Below are positions 27,576 through 42,025 of a stretch of 64,000 nucleotides of DNA, one piece after another. Source of the DNA: Desulfosoma sp. (GTDB lineage Bacteria > Desulfobacterota > Syntrophobacteria > Syntrophobacterales > DSM-9756); NCBI GenBank assembly GCA_037481835.1, contig JBBFKW010000004.1, positions 110,569-174,568 on the forward strand, written 5' to 3'. Every line of letters begins with the position of its first letter. Within the stretch, counting starts at the first letter, position 1. The translations under genes and the position numbers were made by a program. The notes below the pieces were generated by a model. The model was not told where the DNA came from and ran no database searches. It saw only the letters and a program-made list of their open reading frames with translations.

Positions 27576-30284
27576 TCACGCTTCGGGGATCGGAACGGAA
27601 AGGCGCCCCGGCATGTCTTCGGTACCGGGGGTCTCTCCATGCTTGGGCGATCCCCCGGCAGGTCGCCTTTTAATCTGTTCCTGGAGGCCATAGAGGGTTT
27701 TCAAGGCCGCCAGGGGCGTCATGCGATCCAGGTCCAGAGCCATGATGGCGTCCCGCAGCCACTCCATGCTCGGCTGGAACAGACTCATCTGAAAACCCGC
27801 CTTGGATCGGCGCCGTGGGGCCGTGCGGACGGAATCCTTGGGCCTCTCAGGAGGCCTGTGGCTTCCCGCTTCCAGTTGGCTCAGGATGTCCTGCGCCCGA
27901 AGGATGACCTCTTGGGGAAGCCCGGCGAGCCGTGCCACGTGAATGCCGTAGCTCTTGTTCGTCCCGCCGGGAAGGAGCCGATGGAAAAAAACGATGTCCG
28001 TCTCGAATTCCTTGACGGCCACGTTGTAGTTCTTGACTCGAGGCAGCCTTTCCGCCAGCTCGGTGAGTTCATGGTAGTGGGTCGCAAACAGGGTTTTCAC
28101 GCCCACGCCGTCCAGGTCGTGGAGGTATTCCGCCACGGCCCAAGCCAGGCTCATGCCGTCAAAGGTGGAGGTCCCCCGGCCGATTTCATCCAGAATGATC
28201 AAGCTCTTGGGTGTGGCTTGATGGAGGATATTGGCCGTCTCCTGCATTTCCACCATGAACGTGGAACGGCCGCGGGCCAGGTCGTCGGACGCGCCCACTC
28301 GGGTGAAAATGCGGTCCACGATGCCGATTCGAGCTTCGGACGCGGGGATGTAGGCTCCCATCTGGGCCATGAGCACCAGGAGAGCCGTCTGGCGCAGGAT
28401 GGTGGACTTGCCCGCCATGTTGGGTCCCGTAATGATGAGAACCTGCTGGGACTCGCCGTCCAAGTGGACATCGTTGGGCACGAAGGCGCCGTCGGGCAAG
28501 AACCTTTCCACCACAGGGTGGCGGCCGTCCCGAATGTGGATGACCTCACCGTCGTCCACCACCGGCCGGCAATAGCCGTACCGGGTGGCGGTTTCCGCCA
28601 GGGCGGCGAAGACATCCAGGAGGGCGATCCTTCGCGCGGCCTCCAAAATCCTTTCGGACCGTTCCGCCACCCAGGCCCGAAGAGCCTCATAGAGCCGTTC
28701 TTCCAACTCCCGGCGCTTTTCATCCGCCTGGAGAACCTGTTCCTCGAAGGTCTTGAGTTCTTCGGTGATGAACCGTTCGGCGTTGACCAGGGTCTGTTTG
28801 CGCACGTAGTCGTCCGGAACCAAGGCCAAGTTGGCCTTGGACACTTCAATGAAGTACCCGAAGACTTTGTTGTAGCGCACCTTGAGGGATCCGATGCCCG
28901 TCCGTGCCCGTTCCCTCAGCTCATAGTCGGCCATCCAGCCCTTGGCGTCCAGAGCGAGACGCGTGTAGTGGTCCAGTTCGGCATCCACGCCGCGACGGAT
29001 CACCCCGCCTGCGCCCAGGGAGTGGGGCGGCTCGTCCACGAGCGTTTCGGCGATGCGCTGCGCCACATCTTCCAGGGAATCCCAACGGGCCGCCACTTCC
29101 GCAAGAAGATCACAGGCCGCCGCCTCGAGCAGGGCCCGCATTTCCGGCAAGATTTCCAAGGAGCGTCGAAGCGCCGCAAGATCCCGCGGGCCCGCCGTGC
29201 CCACACTCACCCGACCCACGATCCGCTCCACGTCGGCCATGTGTTTCAGCATGTCCCTCAGCTGAGAGCGCACCCCCCCCTGACGGATCATTTCGGCGAC
29301 GGCGTCCTGCCTTCTTATGATGGACGGAACATCCACCAAGGGATATCGGACCCATTTCTGGAGGAGCCGCGCTCCCATGGGGGTCACCGTCTCATCGAGG
29401 ACGTGCAGCAGGGAACCTTTTCGGCTCGAGGTCGCTGCGGCCGTGAGCACTTCCAGGTTTTTCACCGTCGCCTCGTCCAGCGCCATGAAATCCCGGGAAC
29501 TGTAAGGGGTGATCTTGCGCAGGTGGGCGCAGGCGTCCATGTGGTTGGCCCGCAGATATTCCAGGATGGCCCCGGCGGCGCGAATGAGCAGAGGGTTTTC
29601 GCCGATCCCGAAACTTTCCAGGGAATAGACCCGGAAATGCTCCAGCAGCCTTTCGCGGCACCGTGCCGCATCGAACGCGGCCTCATCCAGAACCGTGACC
29701 GCCACGGGATTGGCCGAGGAAAACTCCGAAAGCCACGAGACGTGTTCGTCGTCCGAAACCAGGATTTCCTTGGGGCTTACCCGGGCCAGCTCGCGCAGCA
29801 CCCCATCCCGCGAGTCCACGTCAACGACCTGAAAATCCCCCGTGGACACATCCACGTAGGCCAGACCGTACCGGTCCCCTTTATGGGCGACGGCGGCGAG
29901 ATAATTGGGATCCTTGGCCGACAGGTTTTGGCTTTCCACAACCAGACCCGGCGTGATGACCCGGGTCACTTGCCGTTTCACCAAACCCCGTGCCTTCTTG
30001 GGATCCTCCACCTGATCGCACACGGCCACCTTGTATCCCGCCCCCACAAGGCGTGCGATGTACCCTTCGGCCGCGTGGTAAGGCACGCCGCACATGGGCA
30101 CGGGCTCCTCGGCGTTCTTGTCCCGGGAGGTCAGGGCGATATCCAGGATGCGGGAGGCCGTGACGGCATCCTCGAAAAAGAGCTCGTAAAAATCCCCCAT
30201 GCGGTAAAGAAGCAAGGCCTCGGGATGCTGGGCCTTGATGTCCAAATACTGCTGCATCATGGGGGTGATTTTGTTCATGGCCAT
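27576..30284 (-). CDS. mutS: DNA mismatch repair protein MutS
   Basis: [38 protein letters not shown] and ATHYHEL. Confidence 0.97.
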   Translation of the reverse strand: MAMNKITPMMQQYLDIKAQHPEALLLYRMGDFYELFFEDAVTASRILDIALTSRDKNAEEPVPMCGVPYHAAEGYIARLVGAGYKVAVCDQVEDPKKARGLVKRQVTRVITPGLVVESQNLSAKDPNYLAAVAHKGDRYGLAYVDVSTGDFQVVDVDSRDGVLRELARVSPKEILVSDDEHVSWLSEFSSANPVAVTVLDEAAFDAARCRERLLEHFRVYSLESFGIGENPLLIRAAGAILEYLRANHMDACAHLRKITPYSSRDFMALDEATVKNLEVLTAAATSSRKGSLLHVLDETVTPMGARLLQKWVRYPLVDVPSIIRRQDAVAEMIRQGGVRSQLRDMLKHMADVERIVGRVSVGTAGPRDLAALRRSLEILPEMRALLEAAACDLLAEVAARWDSLEDVAQRIAETLVDEPPHSLGAGGVIRRGVDAELDHYTRLALDAKGWMADYELRERARTGIGSLKVRYNKVFGYFIEVSKANLALVPDDYVRKQTLVNAERFITEELKTFEEQVLQADEKRRELEERLYEALRAWVAERSERILEAARRIALLDVFAALAETATRYGYCRPVVDDGEVIHIRDGRHPVVERFLPDGAFVPNDVHLDGESQQVLIITGPNMAGKSTILRQTALLVLMAQMGAYIPASEARIGIVDRIFTRVGASDDLARGRSTFMVEMQETANILHQATPKSLIILDEIGRGTSTFDGMSLAWAVAEYLHDLDGVGVKTLFATHYHELTELAERLPRVKNYNVAVKEFETDIVFFHRLLPGGTNKSYGIHVARLAGLPQEVILRAQDILSQLEAGSHRPPERPKDSVRTAPRRRSKAGFQMSLFQPSMEWLRDAIMALDLDRMTPLAALKTLYGLQEQIKRRPAGGSPKHGETPGTEDMPGRLSVPIPEA

Positions 30285-30305
30285 AGAAACTCTAAGGCAC
30301 GCTCT

Positions 30306-30686
30306 TTAGGCGGGAGTGTCGGAAGCCTGGTGCTCCGGCGCCGTTTCCCGGGGCGGACCTTCCACGGCCTGGGGCTCCGGCATGCCGGCTTCTTCGGCGG
30401 CCTTGGCTCTCTCCCCCAGAAGCCGCTCTTTTTCGAGGCGTTCCGCTTGGAGAGCCTTTCGCGTGTGGTAGAAAGGTCGAAACATCAAGGCCAGGCCGAT
30501 GACGAGGCCCACGAACCCGGAGAGGAAAATCACTGTGGAGACCTTCAGGGACCAGCGCACATCTTCCCGGATGAACAGATACAGGCTGAAATCCAGATCC
30601 CTCTGAAAGGTCGCCATGTTCTGCCGCACGAAAAGCACGATCACAGCCAGGAGCAAAAGGGTGGTAAACAGCCTAAAGAGCTTCAT
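30306..30686 (-). CDS. LapA-like (DUF1049) small membrane protein
   Basis: TM segment, VRQN, second TM, then a charged coiled-coil tail. Confidence 0.6.
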   Translation of the reverse strand: MKLFRLFTTLLLLAVIVLFVRQNMATFQRDLDFSLYLFIREDVRWSLKVSTVIFLSGFVGLVIGLALMFRPFYHTRKALQAERLEKERLLGERAKAAEEAGMPEPQAVEGPPRETAPEHQASDTPA

Positions 30687-31173
30687 GCGCCTTCTCCTTT
30701 TCAAAATGCGGTCGCAACTTGTCGTATGTTTGCCTCAGGTGCTCGGGAATGCTCCGCACATCGGCAAAAACCGTCATGAAATTGGTGTCCCCTTCCCATC
30801 GGGGCACCACGTGGAAATGCAGATGGCTTTCCACGCCGGCCCCCGCCGCCGCACCCAGATTGAGCCCCACGTTGAATCCATCCGGCCTCATAATGCGGCG
30901 AAGGATCTTCACGCAGTCCTGCACCTTTTTCATGAGGTCGGTCATTTCCTCATCCGTGAGGTCTTCCAGGCCGGCCACGTGGCGCCACGGGGCCACGAGC
31001 AGGTGGCCGTTGTTGTAGGGGTATTTGTTCATCATGACCATGGTGCGTCGGCCGCGATAGAGAATGAGCCGCTCTTCGTCACTCAGCCCGTCGCCTTCCG
31101 GGCAGAAAATGCAGTAGGGTTCCCGTTTGCCCAAGATGTATTCCATCCGCCAAGGCGCCCAGAGATTCCGCAT
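30673..31173 (-). CDS. HIT-family nucleotide hydrolase
   Basis: LWAPWR, CIFC, NKYPYNNGH and HLHFHVVPRW. Confidence 0.92.
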   Translation of the reverse strand: MRNLWAPWRMEYILGKREPYCIFCPEGDGLSDEERLILYRGRRTMVMMNKYPYNNGHLLVAPWRHVAGLEDLTDEEMTDLMKKVQDCVKILRRIMRPDGFNVGLNLGAAAGAGVESHLHFHVVPRWEGDTNFMTVFADVRSIPEHLRQTYDKLRPHFEKEKAHEAL

Positions 31174-31183
31174 GATCCCACTC

Positions 31184-31660
31184 CTAAAGCCTCACGATTT
31201 CCGCATCCAGCGACCTTCCCACATGGAGCACCGCCAGGGTCCGCCCCGAAGAGCCTCGGCCTGAAAAAGCCGAACCCGGATTGACCAGGAGCCTCCCATC
31301 GACCCTTTCCACAAGCGGCCGATGAGTATGCCCGAAAAGAACGGCATCGGCCGTATTGAATTCCCGAAGGAGGTGCGTCCTGACATCGTCGCCGTAGCCC
31401 CAGCCGTGGGTCAAGCCGATCCGGAAAGCCCCCACCCGGATGATTTTCTTCGTGGGCAGTCGAAGACGCACCCCCATGTCGTCCATGTTGCCGCACACCC
31501 CTTCCAAACGGTACTGCTCGAAATAATCCAACACACACGCCGCCGTCCAGTCTCCCAAGTGCACGACCATATCCGCCGGGTCGCAATAGAGGCTGCACAA
31601 GGTCTGCAGGTCCTGCGTGACGGTTGCGAGATGGGTGTCGGAGAGCACCACGATTTTCAT
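31184..31660 (-). CDS. YfcE/MJ0936-family metallophosphoesterase
   Basis: SDTH, HLGD, GNMD, THG, GHTH and NPGS motifs. Confidence 0.9.
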   Translation of the reverse strand: MKIVVLSDTHLATVTQDLQTLCSLYCDPADMVVHLGDWTAACVLDYFEQYRLEGVCGNMDDMGVRLRLPTKKIIRVGAFRIGLTHGWGYGDDVRTHLLREFNTADAVLFGHTHRPLVERVDGRLLVNPGSAFSGRGSSGRTLAVLHVGRSLDAEIVRL

Positions 31661-31756
31661 GATCAGCCGCCGCTCGATTCAAAAAATGCTTTGAATACCA
31701 ATGGTTAGTTGAGCATATAGCAGCCGGGCCCGGGAAACACAAGGGCTTTTTGTGCT

Positions 31757-32491
31757 TCACGGCACGGTCAGCTCGATTCTCCCCCATGCGGCCAGGCGAT
31801 CCCCAAAGACCGCCAGGGCGCCGAGAACGCCGGGCACAGATTGCGCCCAGGCCAAGGCCGGCTCCAAATCTTCTTCCCGCCCGATGCGGTTGCCGAAAGC
31901 CGTGGCGCAGGCATCGGCCAAGGCCGCGTCCTTGGAAAGAATGGTGGCCGCATCGGCCCGTCCGAAGCTCAGGGAATGGCCGAGGGTGCCCGAGGAGGTG
32001 CACACCGCCACCGGCAGGTCTTGGGCGGAAAGCTTCAGGGCCAGCCGATCCCGAAAAGGGGATTTTTCCCCAGGATAGATGGCCACCACCAGGTCTTCGT
32101 CGCCCGCGGCGTAACAGTCTCCACCGTTTTCGACGATCACGGACCGGGTCCACGGTTTGAGCCCTTCGGCCACGGCCTGGGCGATGGCTCCGGCCACGGC
32201 GGCCATGGGGCCCACCTGGGCCTTTTGGGCGGCATGCAGCATGCGCCGGACGATATCCGGCGCCAGAGGATCGTCGGGCAAGGGGGTCAGGGCCGTGAGG
32301 AACGCGGGCACGGTGCGGCTGTATTGGAGGATTTGGCGCCGATAGGTCAGGACCAGGTCGTGGGTGCGGTGTGTGAGATCGCTGTCGGCGCGCACCCACA
32401 AATCCGTTTGTTCCACCTGCACTCGAAAGGTGTGCCAGGGCCCGCGCTTGTGTCGGTCTCGATAGAACCTGTGGACCGGCCGGGCGTCCAT
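31757..32491 (-). CDS. UPF0280 / ApbE-like protein
   Basis: GPMAAVAGA, ENGGD, CTSSGTLGHSLSFG and ADACAT motifs. Confidence 0.85.
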   Translation of the reverse strand: MDARPVHRFYRDRHKRGPWHTFRVQVEQTDLWVRADSDLTHRTHDLVLTYRRQILQYSRTVPAFLTALTPLPDDPLAPDIVRRMLHAAQKAQVGPMAAVAGAIAQAVAEGLKPWTRSVIVENGGDCYAAGDEDLVVAIYPGEKSPFRDRLALKLSAQDLPVAVCTSSGTLGHSLSFGRADAATILSKDAALADACATAFGNRIGREEDLEPALAWAQSVPGVLGALAVFGDRLAAWGRIELTVP

Positions 32492-32492
32492 G

Positions 32493-34049
32493 TCATTCCC
32501 ATTCGATGGTGCTCGGCGGCTTGGACGAAATGTCGTACACGACTCGGTTGACGCCGGGCACTTCGTTGATGATCCGGTTGGAAAGGCGCGCCAGAAGGTC
32601 GTAGGGCATCCGCGCCCAATCGGCGGTCATGGCGTCCACACTTTCCACCGCGCGTATGGCCACCACCTGTTCATAGGTGCGCTCGTCCCCCATGACGCCC
32701 ACGGAACGAACCGGCAGCAGGACGGCAAAAGCCTGCCACACGCGATCGTACCAATTTTCAGCCTCCAACTCTTCCAAGACGATGGCGTCAGCATGGCGCA
32801 AGATCTTCAGACTCTCGGGCGTCACTTCCCCGATGATGCGGATGGCCAATCCCGGCCCCGGAAAGGGATGCCGCATGATGATGCGCTCGGGAAGGCCCAA
32901 TTCCCGGCCCAATTGGCGCACCTCGTCTTTAAAGAGCTCCCGCAACGGCTCGATGAGTTCCAGGTTCATGCGTTCGGGAAGGCCGCCCACGTTGTGGTGC
33001 GTTTTGATGGTCGCCGACGGCCCTTTGAACGAGACGCTTTCGATGACGTCGGGATAAAGGGTTCCTTGGGCCAAGTAGCGCGTCCCGTGGAGTTTTGCCG
33101 CTTCTTTTTCAAAAACTTCGATAAAGAGGTTCCCGATGATTTTTCGTTTTTGTTCGGGATCGGTCACGCCTTTGAGCCGACCGAGGAAGAGGTCCGTGGC
33201 GTTGACCGAAACCAGGTTGATTTCAAAATGGTCCCGAAAGACCCGTTCCACCGTTTCGGCTTCCCCTTTGCGCAGAAGACCGTTGTTGACGAAGATGCAC
33301 TGGAGCTGATCCCCGATGGCCTTGTGGAGCAAGACGGCCACAACGGAGGAATCCACGCCGCCGCTGAGGGCGCACAGGACTCGATCGGAACCGACCTTTT
33401 GGCGCACCGCCGAAACGGCCGAATCCACGAAGCTTTTCATGGTCCACGTGGGCTTGCAGCCGCAGATGTGAAAGAGGAAGTTGTCCAGGAGCGTGCGGCC
33501 GCAGGGTGTGTGGGCCACTTCCGGATGAAACTGGACCCCGAAAAGTTTTCGCTGAATGTCGGCCATGGCCGCCACCGGCGAATTGGCGCTGTGGGCAAGG
33601 ATGCCAAAGCCCGGAGGCAGAGCCGCGATGCGATCCCCATGGCTCATCCAGACCCTCACATCCTGACGGTCGATATCCTGGAAAAGGACGGCGGGCTCGT
33701 CCACTTCCAGCAGGGCCGGGCCGTATTCGCGATGTTCGGCCCGTTCCACGTGACCGCCCATAAGGTGCGCCATGAGCTGCATGCCGTAGCAGATGCCGAG
33801 AATGGGGATGCCCATGTGGAAGAGTTCCGGCGGGGCAAGCGGTGCATGGGCGTCATGCACGCTGGAAGGCCCTCCGGAGAGAATAATCCCTTTGGGGGCG
33901 TAGGACCGAATCGCCTCCAAGGCCATGGTGCACGGGTGGATTTCGCAATACACGTGGCTTTCCCGCACTCTTCGGGCGATGAGTTGTGTGTATTGGGATC
34001 CGAAATCCAGGATGAGGACTCGGTCCGGATGCAAGGCATGCCAGTCCAT
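32493..34049 (-). CDS. guaA: GMP synthase (glutamine-hydrolysing)
   Basis: DFGSQY, GICYG, QFHPE, SGGVDS, IKTHHN and [10 protein letters not shown]. Confidence 0.97.
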   Translation of the reverse strand: MDWHALHPDRVLILDFGSQYTQLIARRVRESHVYCEIHPCTMALEAIRSYAPKGIILSGGPSSVHDAHAPLAPPELFHMGIPILGICYGMQLMAHLMGGHVERAEHREYGPALLEVDEPAVLFQDIDRQDVRVWMSHGDRIAALPPGFGILAHSANSPVAAMADIQRKLFGVQFHPEVAHTPCGRTLLDNFLFHICGCKPTWTMKSFVDSAVSAVRQKVGSDRVLCALSGGVDSSVVAVLLHKAIGDQLQCIFVNNGLLRKGEAETVERVFRDHFEINLVSVNATDLFLGRLKGVTDPEQKRKIIGNLFIEVFEKEAAKLHGTRYLAQGTLYPDVIESVSFKGPSATIKTHHNVGGLPERMNLELIEPLRELFKDEVRQLGRELGLPERIIMRHPFPGPGLAIRIIGEVTPESLKILRHADAIVLEELEAENWYDRVWQAFAVLLPVRSVGVMGDERTYEQVVAIRAVESVDAMTADWARMPYDLLARLSNRIINEVPGVNRVVYDISSKPPSTIEWE

Positions 34050-34064
34050 AAGGGCTCCGTTTCT

Positions 34065-36639
<2,575 letters not shown>

Positions 36640-36755
36640 CGTTGTCTTTTTTCTCCCTTTGTGTTTACTTAATTTTTAAGGGGGATCGGCCGGGGCGGCC
36701 GAATTCCGCCATAGGGCTTCCAGAGCACTTCACCACAAGAAGGAGAGGGACGCCT

Positions 36756-37373
36756 ATGATCTTGGAAATCAACCCCCGCAATCCCGAACCGCGTAAGATC
36801 AAACAGGTGGCCGAAATTCTCGCCAAAGGAGGAGTCATCGCTTATCCCACGGACACGTATTACGGGATCGGATGCGACCTGTTCAACAAGCCGTCCATCG
36901 AAAAGATCTACAAGCTCAAACGCCGCTCCCCCCAACAGCCCTTCAGCATCATCTGCAGTGACCTGAAAAGCATCAGCGAATACGCTCAGGTGACCAACTA
37001 CGCCTACAAGACCATGAAGCGGCTTCTGCCCGGGCCTTACACCTTCATTTTGGAAGGCTCCCGGCTTGTCCCGAGAATCATGCTCACCAAGCGCAAAGCG
37101 GTAGGGATCCGCGTTCCGGACCACCCCATCTGTACCGCCATCGTCAAGGAACTGGGCCACCCCATCATCAGCACCAGCGCCACGGACCCGGAAAACGGAC
37201 GCATCCTGGAATCCCCTCAAGAAATCCGGGACGTGCTCGGCCATTCCCTGGATCTCATCGTGGACGGGGGCCCCGTGCCGGGACGTCCTTCCAGCGTTAT
37301 TTCCCTCATTGAAGACGTTCCCGAAGTGATTCGCGTCGGCAGCGGGAACGTGGAAATTTTCCAAACGCCGTAG
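36756..37373 (+). CDS. Sua5/YrdC/YciO-family threonylcarbamoyl-AMP synthase
   Basis: YPTDTYYG, KRR, PGPYT, GIRVP and STSA; AAGGAG RBS. Confidence 0.9.
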   Translation: MILEINPRNPEPRKIKQVAEILAKGGVIAYPTDTYYGIGCDLFNKPSIEKIYKLKRRSPQQPFSIICSDLKSISEYAQVTNYAYKTMKRLLPGPYTFILEGSRLVPRIMLTKRKAVGIRVPDHPICTAIVKELGHPIISTSATDPENGRILESPQEIRDVLGHSLDLIVDGGPVPGRPSSVISLIEDVPEVIRVGSGNVEIFQTP

Positions 37374-37374
37374 T

Positions 37375-38259
37375 TCAGCGCCCCAACACAAGTTCATAGC
37401 GCACCGGGCTCAAGGCCGGATCGATCACCTGGTCCAAGGCCGTGAGCCCGGTGGCTCCGAGAATCTGCCGAAGCAGGCTCTTTCGGTCCTTGTCCGCGTA
37501 AACCACATGGGGTTCCCCCGCAATCCCGCCCAATTCCTTGGCCTTGGCCAGCGCATCCTGAAAATTGCCCAAGGCGTCCACGAGCTTGAGCTCCAGGGCC
37601 TTTTCACCCGAAAGAACCCGGCCGTCGGCGATGGGCTGGACTTGTTCCGGTGAAAGCCGTCGGCCTGCAGCCACGTCTTTGACGAACTGGGCGTGCATGC
37701 TTTCGATGGTTTCCTGCAAGAGCGCCCTTTCCGATTCGGTCATTTCCCGGCCGGGGTTGCCCACGTCCTTGAATTGGCCGCTCTTGATGGTCACGGTGCG
37801 ATAGCCCACCTTGTCAAAGAGCCCTTGGAGGTTGGGCAAATGGGCCACCACGCCGATACTGCCGGTGAGGGTTCCCGGGTTGGCCACGATGTACGAGGCT
37901 GCCGCCGAGGCATAATAGCCCCCGGAAGCCGCCACCCCTCCGAAAGAAGCCACCACGGGCTTTTCTGCGGCCGTCCTTTGGACCTCCCGGTACACTTCCT
38001 GGCTCGCCCCGACGCCGCCTCCCGGAGATTCCACCCGCACCACGACGGCCCTCACGTTGGGATCCTTTCTAAATTCCGTCAAGGCTTCCAGGACCGGACG
38101 GGCGTCACTCAAGAGCCCTTCAATTTCCACCACGCCGATTCGGTTGGGTTCCTTCTTCCAGTCCCATTGCGGGGCCACGAGCCACAGGTACAAGCCCACA
38201 AAGGGCACGAGCACCACAAAGGCGATCATGAGAAGGATTTTTAAGGTCTTCTTGAACAT
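37375..38259 (-). CDS. sppA: Signal peptide peptidase SppA (36K type)
   Basis: N-terminal TM, SPGG, AASGGYY, TGSIGV, KSG.FKD and ADGR. Confidence 0.92.
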   Translation of the reverse strand: MFKKTLKILLMIAFVVLVPFVGLYLWLVAPQWDWKKEPNRIGVVEIEGLLSDARPVLEALTEFRKDPNVRAVVVRVESPGGGVGASQEVYREVQRTAAEKPVVASFGGVAASGGYYASAAASYIVANPGTLTGSIGVVAHLPNLQGLFDKVGYRTVTIKSGQFKDVGNPGREMTESERALLQETIESMHAQFVKDVAAGRRLSPEQVQPIADGRVLSGEKALELKLVDALGNFQDALAKAKELGGIAGEPHVVYADKDRKSLLRQILGATGLTALDQVIDPALSPVRYELVLGR

Positions 38260-38360
38260 GGGCGTTTCCTCAAAAGCGAACACCCGGCGTTGCACAAAGC
38301 CGGGTGTCCAGCAGCCCTAAGAAAAGAACATGAACTTACGCCTCGGAAGACGTCCGAAGG

Positions 38361-40136
38361 CTACTCCTCTTGGGAATTTTCCGCGTTCTGGAGCGCCGCC
38401 CCTTTGAGCAGTTCGCCCAAATTGGAGGTGGCCGCCTTCGGGCTGTTCATGTATTCCTTGTAGTCGGTGCGCTCGTCGTGCTCTTCGGCCTTCTTGATGG
38501 ACAAGCCGATCTTTCGCTCTTTGGGCGAAATATTGATGACCTTGGCCGTCACCCGATCCCCGACCTTGTACTCGTCGGGAGCGCCCTTGGCCTTTTCCTT
38601 GCCGATTTCGGAGACGTGAACCAGCCCTTCGATGCCTTCTTCCAGTTCCACAAAAAGGCCGAAATCGGTGACGTTGGTCACGGGCCCCGTGATGACGCTG
38701 CCCACAGGGTAGCGCTGGGCCACACTTTCCCAGGGGTCGGGTTCCAGCTGCTTGATTCCCAGGGAAAACCTCTCGTTGTCCTTATCGATATTGAGCACGA
38801 TGGCCTGGACTTCCTGGCCCTTCTTGTAAATTTCAGAAGGGTGGCGAATCCGCTTCGTCCAGGAAATGTCGGAGATGTGCACCAGACCGTCGATCCCTTC
38901 ATCGATCCCGATAAAGATGCCGAAGTCGGTGATGTTCTTGATTTTGCCGGAAATAACCGTTCCCACGGGGTATTTTTCCGAAATCACGCTCCACGGGTTC
39001 GGTTCCAGTTGCTTCATGCCCAAGGAAATGCGCTTGCGGTCGGGATCGATGCTGAGGATGACGGCTTCCACCTGATCGCCCACGCTCAGGATCTTGGACG
39101 GGTGGCGGATCTTGCGCGTCCAGGACATTTCCGACACGTGGATGAGCCCTTCGATCCCTTCCTCGATTTCCACGAAGGCCCCGTAATCCGTCAGGCTCAC
39201 CACCTTGCCCCGAATCTTGGTCCCCACGGGGTACTTTTCGGCGGCATTGGTCCACGGATCCGGCTGGAGCTGTTTGAGGCCCAAGGAGACGCGTTCGTTT
39301 TCCCGGTCGAAATGGAGCACCTTGACCTTGATGGTGTCGCCGATCTGGCACAGTTCGGACGGATGCCCCACACGGCCCCAGCTCATGTCGGTGATGTGCA
39401 GCAACCCGTCGATACCTCCCAGGTCCACAAAGACCCCGTAGTCCGTGATATTCTTGACCACACCTTCCATGACCTTGCCTTCTTCCAGCATGGCCAGGGT
39501 CTGACCTTTTTGGCGCTCCCGTTCTTTCTCCAGCAAGACGCGGCGCGAGAGGACCACGTTGCGGCGCTTCTTATTGTATTTGAGGATCTTGAAATCGAAG
39601 GTCTTGCCGATGAGGGCGTCCAGGTTGCGCACGGGGCGCAAATCCACTTGGGATCCCGGCACAAAGGCCTGGATGCCGATATCCACGGCCAACCCGCCCT
39701 TGACCCGCGAAACCACCTTGCCTTGGATGACGCCGTCTTCGTTGTAGATGCGGCTGATGTCGTCCCACACTTTTATCTTTTCCGCCTTTTCTTTGGAAAG
39801 GAAGACGGTCCCTTCGTCGTCGTCGTGGTATTCCAAAAGCACGTCCACCTCATCGCCGATGGCCACCTCCAGGTTGCCCTTCTCGTCCCGGAATTCGGCG
39901 ATGGGAATTTCCCCTTCGGACTTATAGCCAATATCGACCATGACATAATCGTCCGAAATCTGGACCACCCTCCCACGAACCACTTCACCTTCCTGAATGT
40001 TGCCGAAGCTCTGTTCGTAAAGCTTCTCGAAGGTGTCGCCGTCCACGTCGTCCGTGTCGGCTTCGCGTTCCGTAACGGACCCTTGCGTTTGTTGATGCTG
40101 CAGTTCTAAGTTTTCCGTTGTCTCTTTCGTGATCAT
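38361..40136 (-). CDS. rpsA: 30S ribosomal protein S1
   Basis: Six S1 repeats (DYGVFVDLGG, GLLHITDMSW, RISLGMKQL and others). Confidence 0.97.
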   Translation of the reverse strand: MITKETTENLELQHQQTQGSVTEREADTDDVDGDTFEKLYEQSFGNIQEGEVVRGRVVQISDDYVMVDIGYKSEGEIPIAEFRDEKGNLEVAIGDEVDVLLEYHDDDEGTVFLSKEKAEKIKVWDDISRIYNEDGVIQGKVVSRVKGGLAVDIGIQAFVPGSQVDLRPVRNLDALIGKTFDFKILKYNKKRRNVVLSRRVLLEKERERQKGQTLAMLEEGKVMEGVVKNITDYGVFVDLGGIDGLLHITDMSWGRVGHPSELCQIGDTIKVKVLHFDRENERVSLGLKQLQPDPWTNAAEKYPVGTKIRGKVVSLTDYGAFVEIEEGIEGLIHVSEMSWTRKIRHPSKILSVGDQVEAVILSIDPDRKRISLGMKQLEPNPWSVISEKYPVGTVISGKIKNITDFGIFIGIDEGIDGLVHISDISWTKRIRHPSEIYKKGQEVQAIVLNIDKDNERFSLGIKQLEPDPWESVAQRYPVGSVITGPVTNVTDFGLFVELEEGIEGLVHVSEIGKEKAKGAPDEYKVGDRVTAKVINISPKERKIGLSIKKAEEHDERTDYKEYMNSPKAATSNLGELLKGAALQNAENSQEE

Positions 40137-40223
40137 TGAACTCACTACCCCCTTGTCCGGATTTCGGCTGACGCCGTTTTTGCTGGGTGCGCACTCTAGC
40201 AGACACCCCAACCCTTGACAATC

Positions 40224-40922
40224 CTAATCTGCATGAGACCTTCCATGCCGTGTCTGTTTTTTCGCCGCATTCTCCACAAGATTCATCAACACCTGCACCA
40301 CTTCGGCAATGGCAAGACGGGATGTGTCCACCAGAACAGCACCTTGAGCGGGTTTGAGCGGGGCGATGGAACGGCGGGAATCGGCGTCGTCCCTCTCCTG
40401 AAGACTTCGCAGCACGTCCTGGACATCGACCTCGATGCCCTGATCGCGATACTGGGCCGCACGGCGGCGGGCTCTTTCCTCAGGGCTGGCTGTAAGAAAA
40501 ACCTTGACCTCGGCGTCGGGAAACACCACGCTGCCCATATCCCGCCCTTCGGCCACCACGACGCCGCCCTGGTGCGCCGCCTGCCTCTGTTTTTCGAGGA
40601 GAAACCGGCGGACAGGTTCCCGTTGGGCCATGGCGGAAGCCGCTTGGGTCACTTCCGGCGACCGAATTTCCGGACCCAACGGAACCCCGTTCCAGGAGAT
40701 GTGGACCCGCCCGTCACGGACGGCGAATTCCAAGGGCAAGGAGGGCAATAGGCGTTCCAGGACGGTGTCTTGGGCGTCGAGCGCACGCTTCTGTGCCAGG
40801 GCCCAAGCCACGGCCCGGTACATGGCCCCGGAGTCCACATAAACACCCCCGAGCCGCTCGGCCAGGAGGCGGCTGATGGTGCTCTTTCCGGAGCCTGCGG
40901 GCCCGTCAATGGCGATGATCAT
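40224..40922 (-). CDS. cmk: Cytidylate kinase
   Basis: IDGPAGSGKST, DSGAMYR, EGRDMG and RDDADS.R. Confidence 0.95.
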   Translation of the reverse strand: MIIAIDGPAGSGKSTISRLLAERLGGVYVDSGAMYRAVAWALAQKRALDAQDTVLERLLPSLPLEFAVRDGRVHISWNGVPLGPEIRSPEVTQAASAMAQREPVRRFLLEKQRQAAHQGGVVVAEGRDMGSVVFPDAEVKVFLTASPEERARRRAAQYRDQGIEVDVQDVLRSLQERDDADSRRSIAPLKPAQGAVLVDTSRLAIAEVVQVLMNLVENAAKKQTRHGRSHAD

Positions 40923-42025
40923 TGGTCCAATTGTTCCAAAACCTTGGCAAAAGCCTTGAGAAACCGCTCGTTCTCCTCGGGCAGCCCCACGTTGACCCGA
41001 ATGTGGCGGTCCAGCCCGTAAGCGTTCATGGCTCGAAGAATCACCCCTTCGCGCAGCATGGCCTCGTAGATCTTTTTCGCGTCCACGGGAACGGTGATGA
41101 GAAAGAAATTGGTATGGGTGCGAAGATAGTGCACTCCCAAGGCATCCAGGCCACGATAGAGGTATTCCAGGCCTTCGCGGATCACCCGGCGGCTCTTTTC
41201 CAGGAAATCGTCGTCGTCCAAAGCCGCCAGGGCCGCCGCCTGGGCCGGCGTGCTCACATTGAAAGGCTGGCGCACCCGGTGCAAAAAAGCCGCCACGGCG
41301 GGATCCATGACCCCGTAGCCAACCCGAAGCCCCGCCAGACCGTAGGCCTTAGAAAAGGTCCGGGCCGTGACGACCCAGGGCCCTTGAGAACTCACGAAGT
41401 CCAGCCCGTTGAAGGTCGATCCCTGGGGAGCGAATTCGATGTAGGCTTCGTCGATGACCACCACCATATCGGCAGGCAGGGCACGGAAAAAGTCCTTGAA
41501 AGCCGACTCGCTCAGCACGGTGCCGGTGGGATTGTTGGGGTTGTTGATGAAAATCAGGCGCGTGCGGTCCGTTACCGCCCGAAGAACCCCGTCCAAGTCG
41601 ATGGTGAAATCTTTCAGGGGAACAGAAACCACGGTGCCGCCCACGGTCTGCACGGCCAGACGGTACACGAGAAAGGACGGGTTGGGGATGATCACTTCCA
41701 AGCCAGGCCGGACAAACGTGCGAATGACCAGCTCGAGAATTTCGTTGGACCCGTTACCGATGACCACCGCCTCCATGGGCACACCCAGCTTTTCGGCGAT
41801 CCTCCGGCGCAGGTAATAACCGCTGCCGTCGGGATAACGGTGCAACCCGTCGAGTTTTTCCCGAATGGCCGCCACGGCCTTCGGGGACGGCCCCAACGGG
41901 TTCTCGTTGCTGGCCAACTTGATGGAATTCTTGATTCCGAGTTCCCGCTCCAGTTCTTCGATGGGCTTTCCGGGAGGGTACGGATCAATGGCGGCAATGT
42001 GGGGGGGCACCAGCCGGGAGATCAA
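40919..42025 (-). CDS. hisC: Histidinol-phosphate aminotransferase
   Basis: KLASNENP, NPNNPTG, DEAY and RTFSKAYGLAGLR. Confidence 0.95.
   Translation of the reverse strand: MISRLVPPHIAAIDPYPPGKPIEELERELGIKNSIKLASNENPLGPSPKAVAAIREKLDGLHRYPDGSGYYLRRRIAEKLGVPMEAVVIGNGSNEILELVIRTFVRPGLEVIIPNPSFLVYRLAVQTVGGTVVSVPLKDFTIDLDGVLRAVTDRTRLIFINNPNNPTGTVLSESAFKDFFRALPADMVVVIDEAYIEFAPQGSTFNGLDFVSSQGPWVVTARTFSKAYGLAGLRVGYGVMDPAVAAFLHRVRQPFNVSTPAQAAALAALDDDDFLEKSRRVIREGLEYLYRGLDALGVHYLRTHTNFFLITVPVDAKKIYEAMLREGVILRAMNAYGLDRHIRVNVGLPEENERFLKAFAKVLEQLDQ

Noticed and set aside
27525..30779. 1084-aa plus-strand ORF
   Set aside because: Antisense shadow of mutS caused by high-GC codon bias; no motifs.
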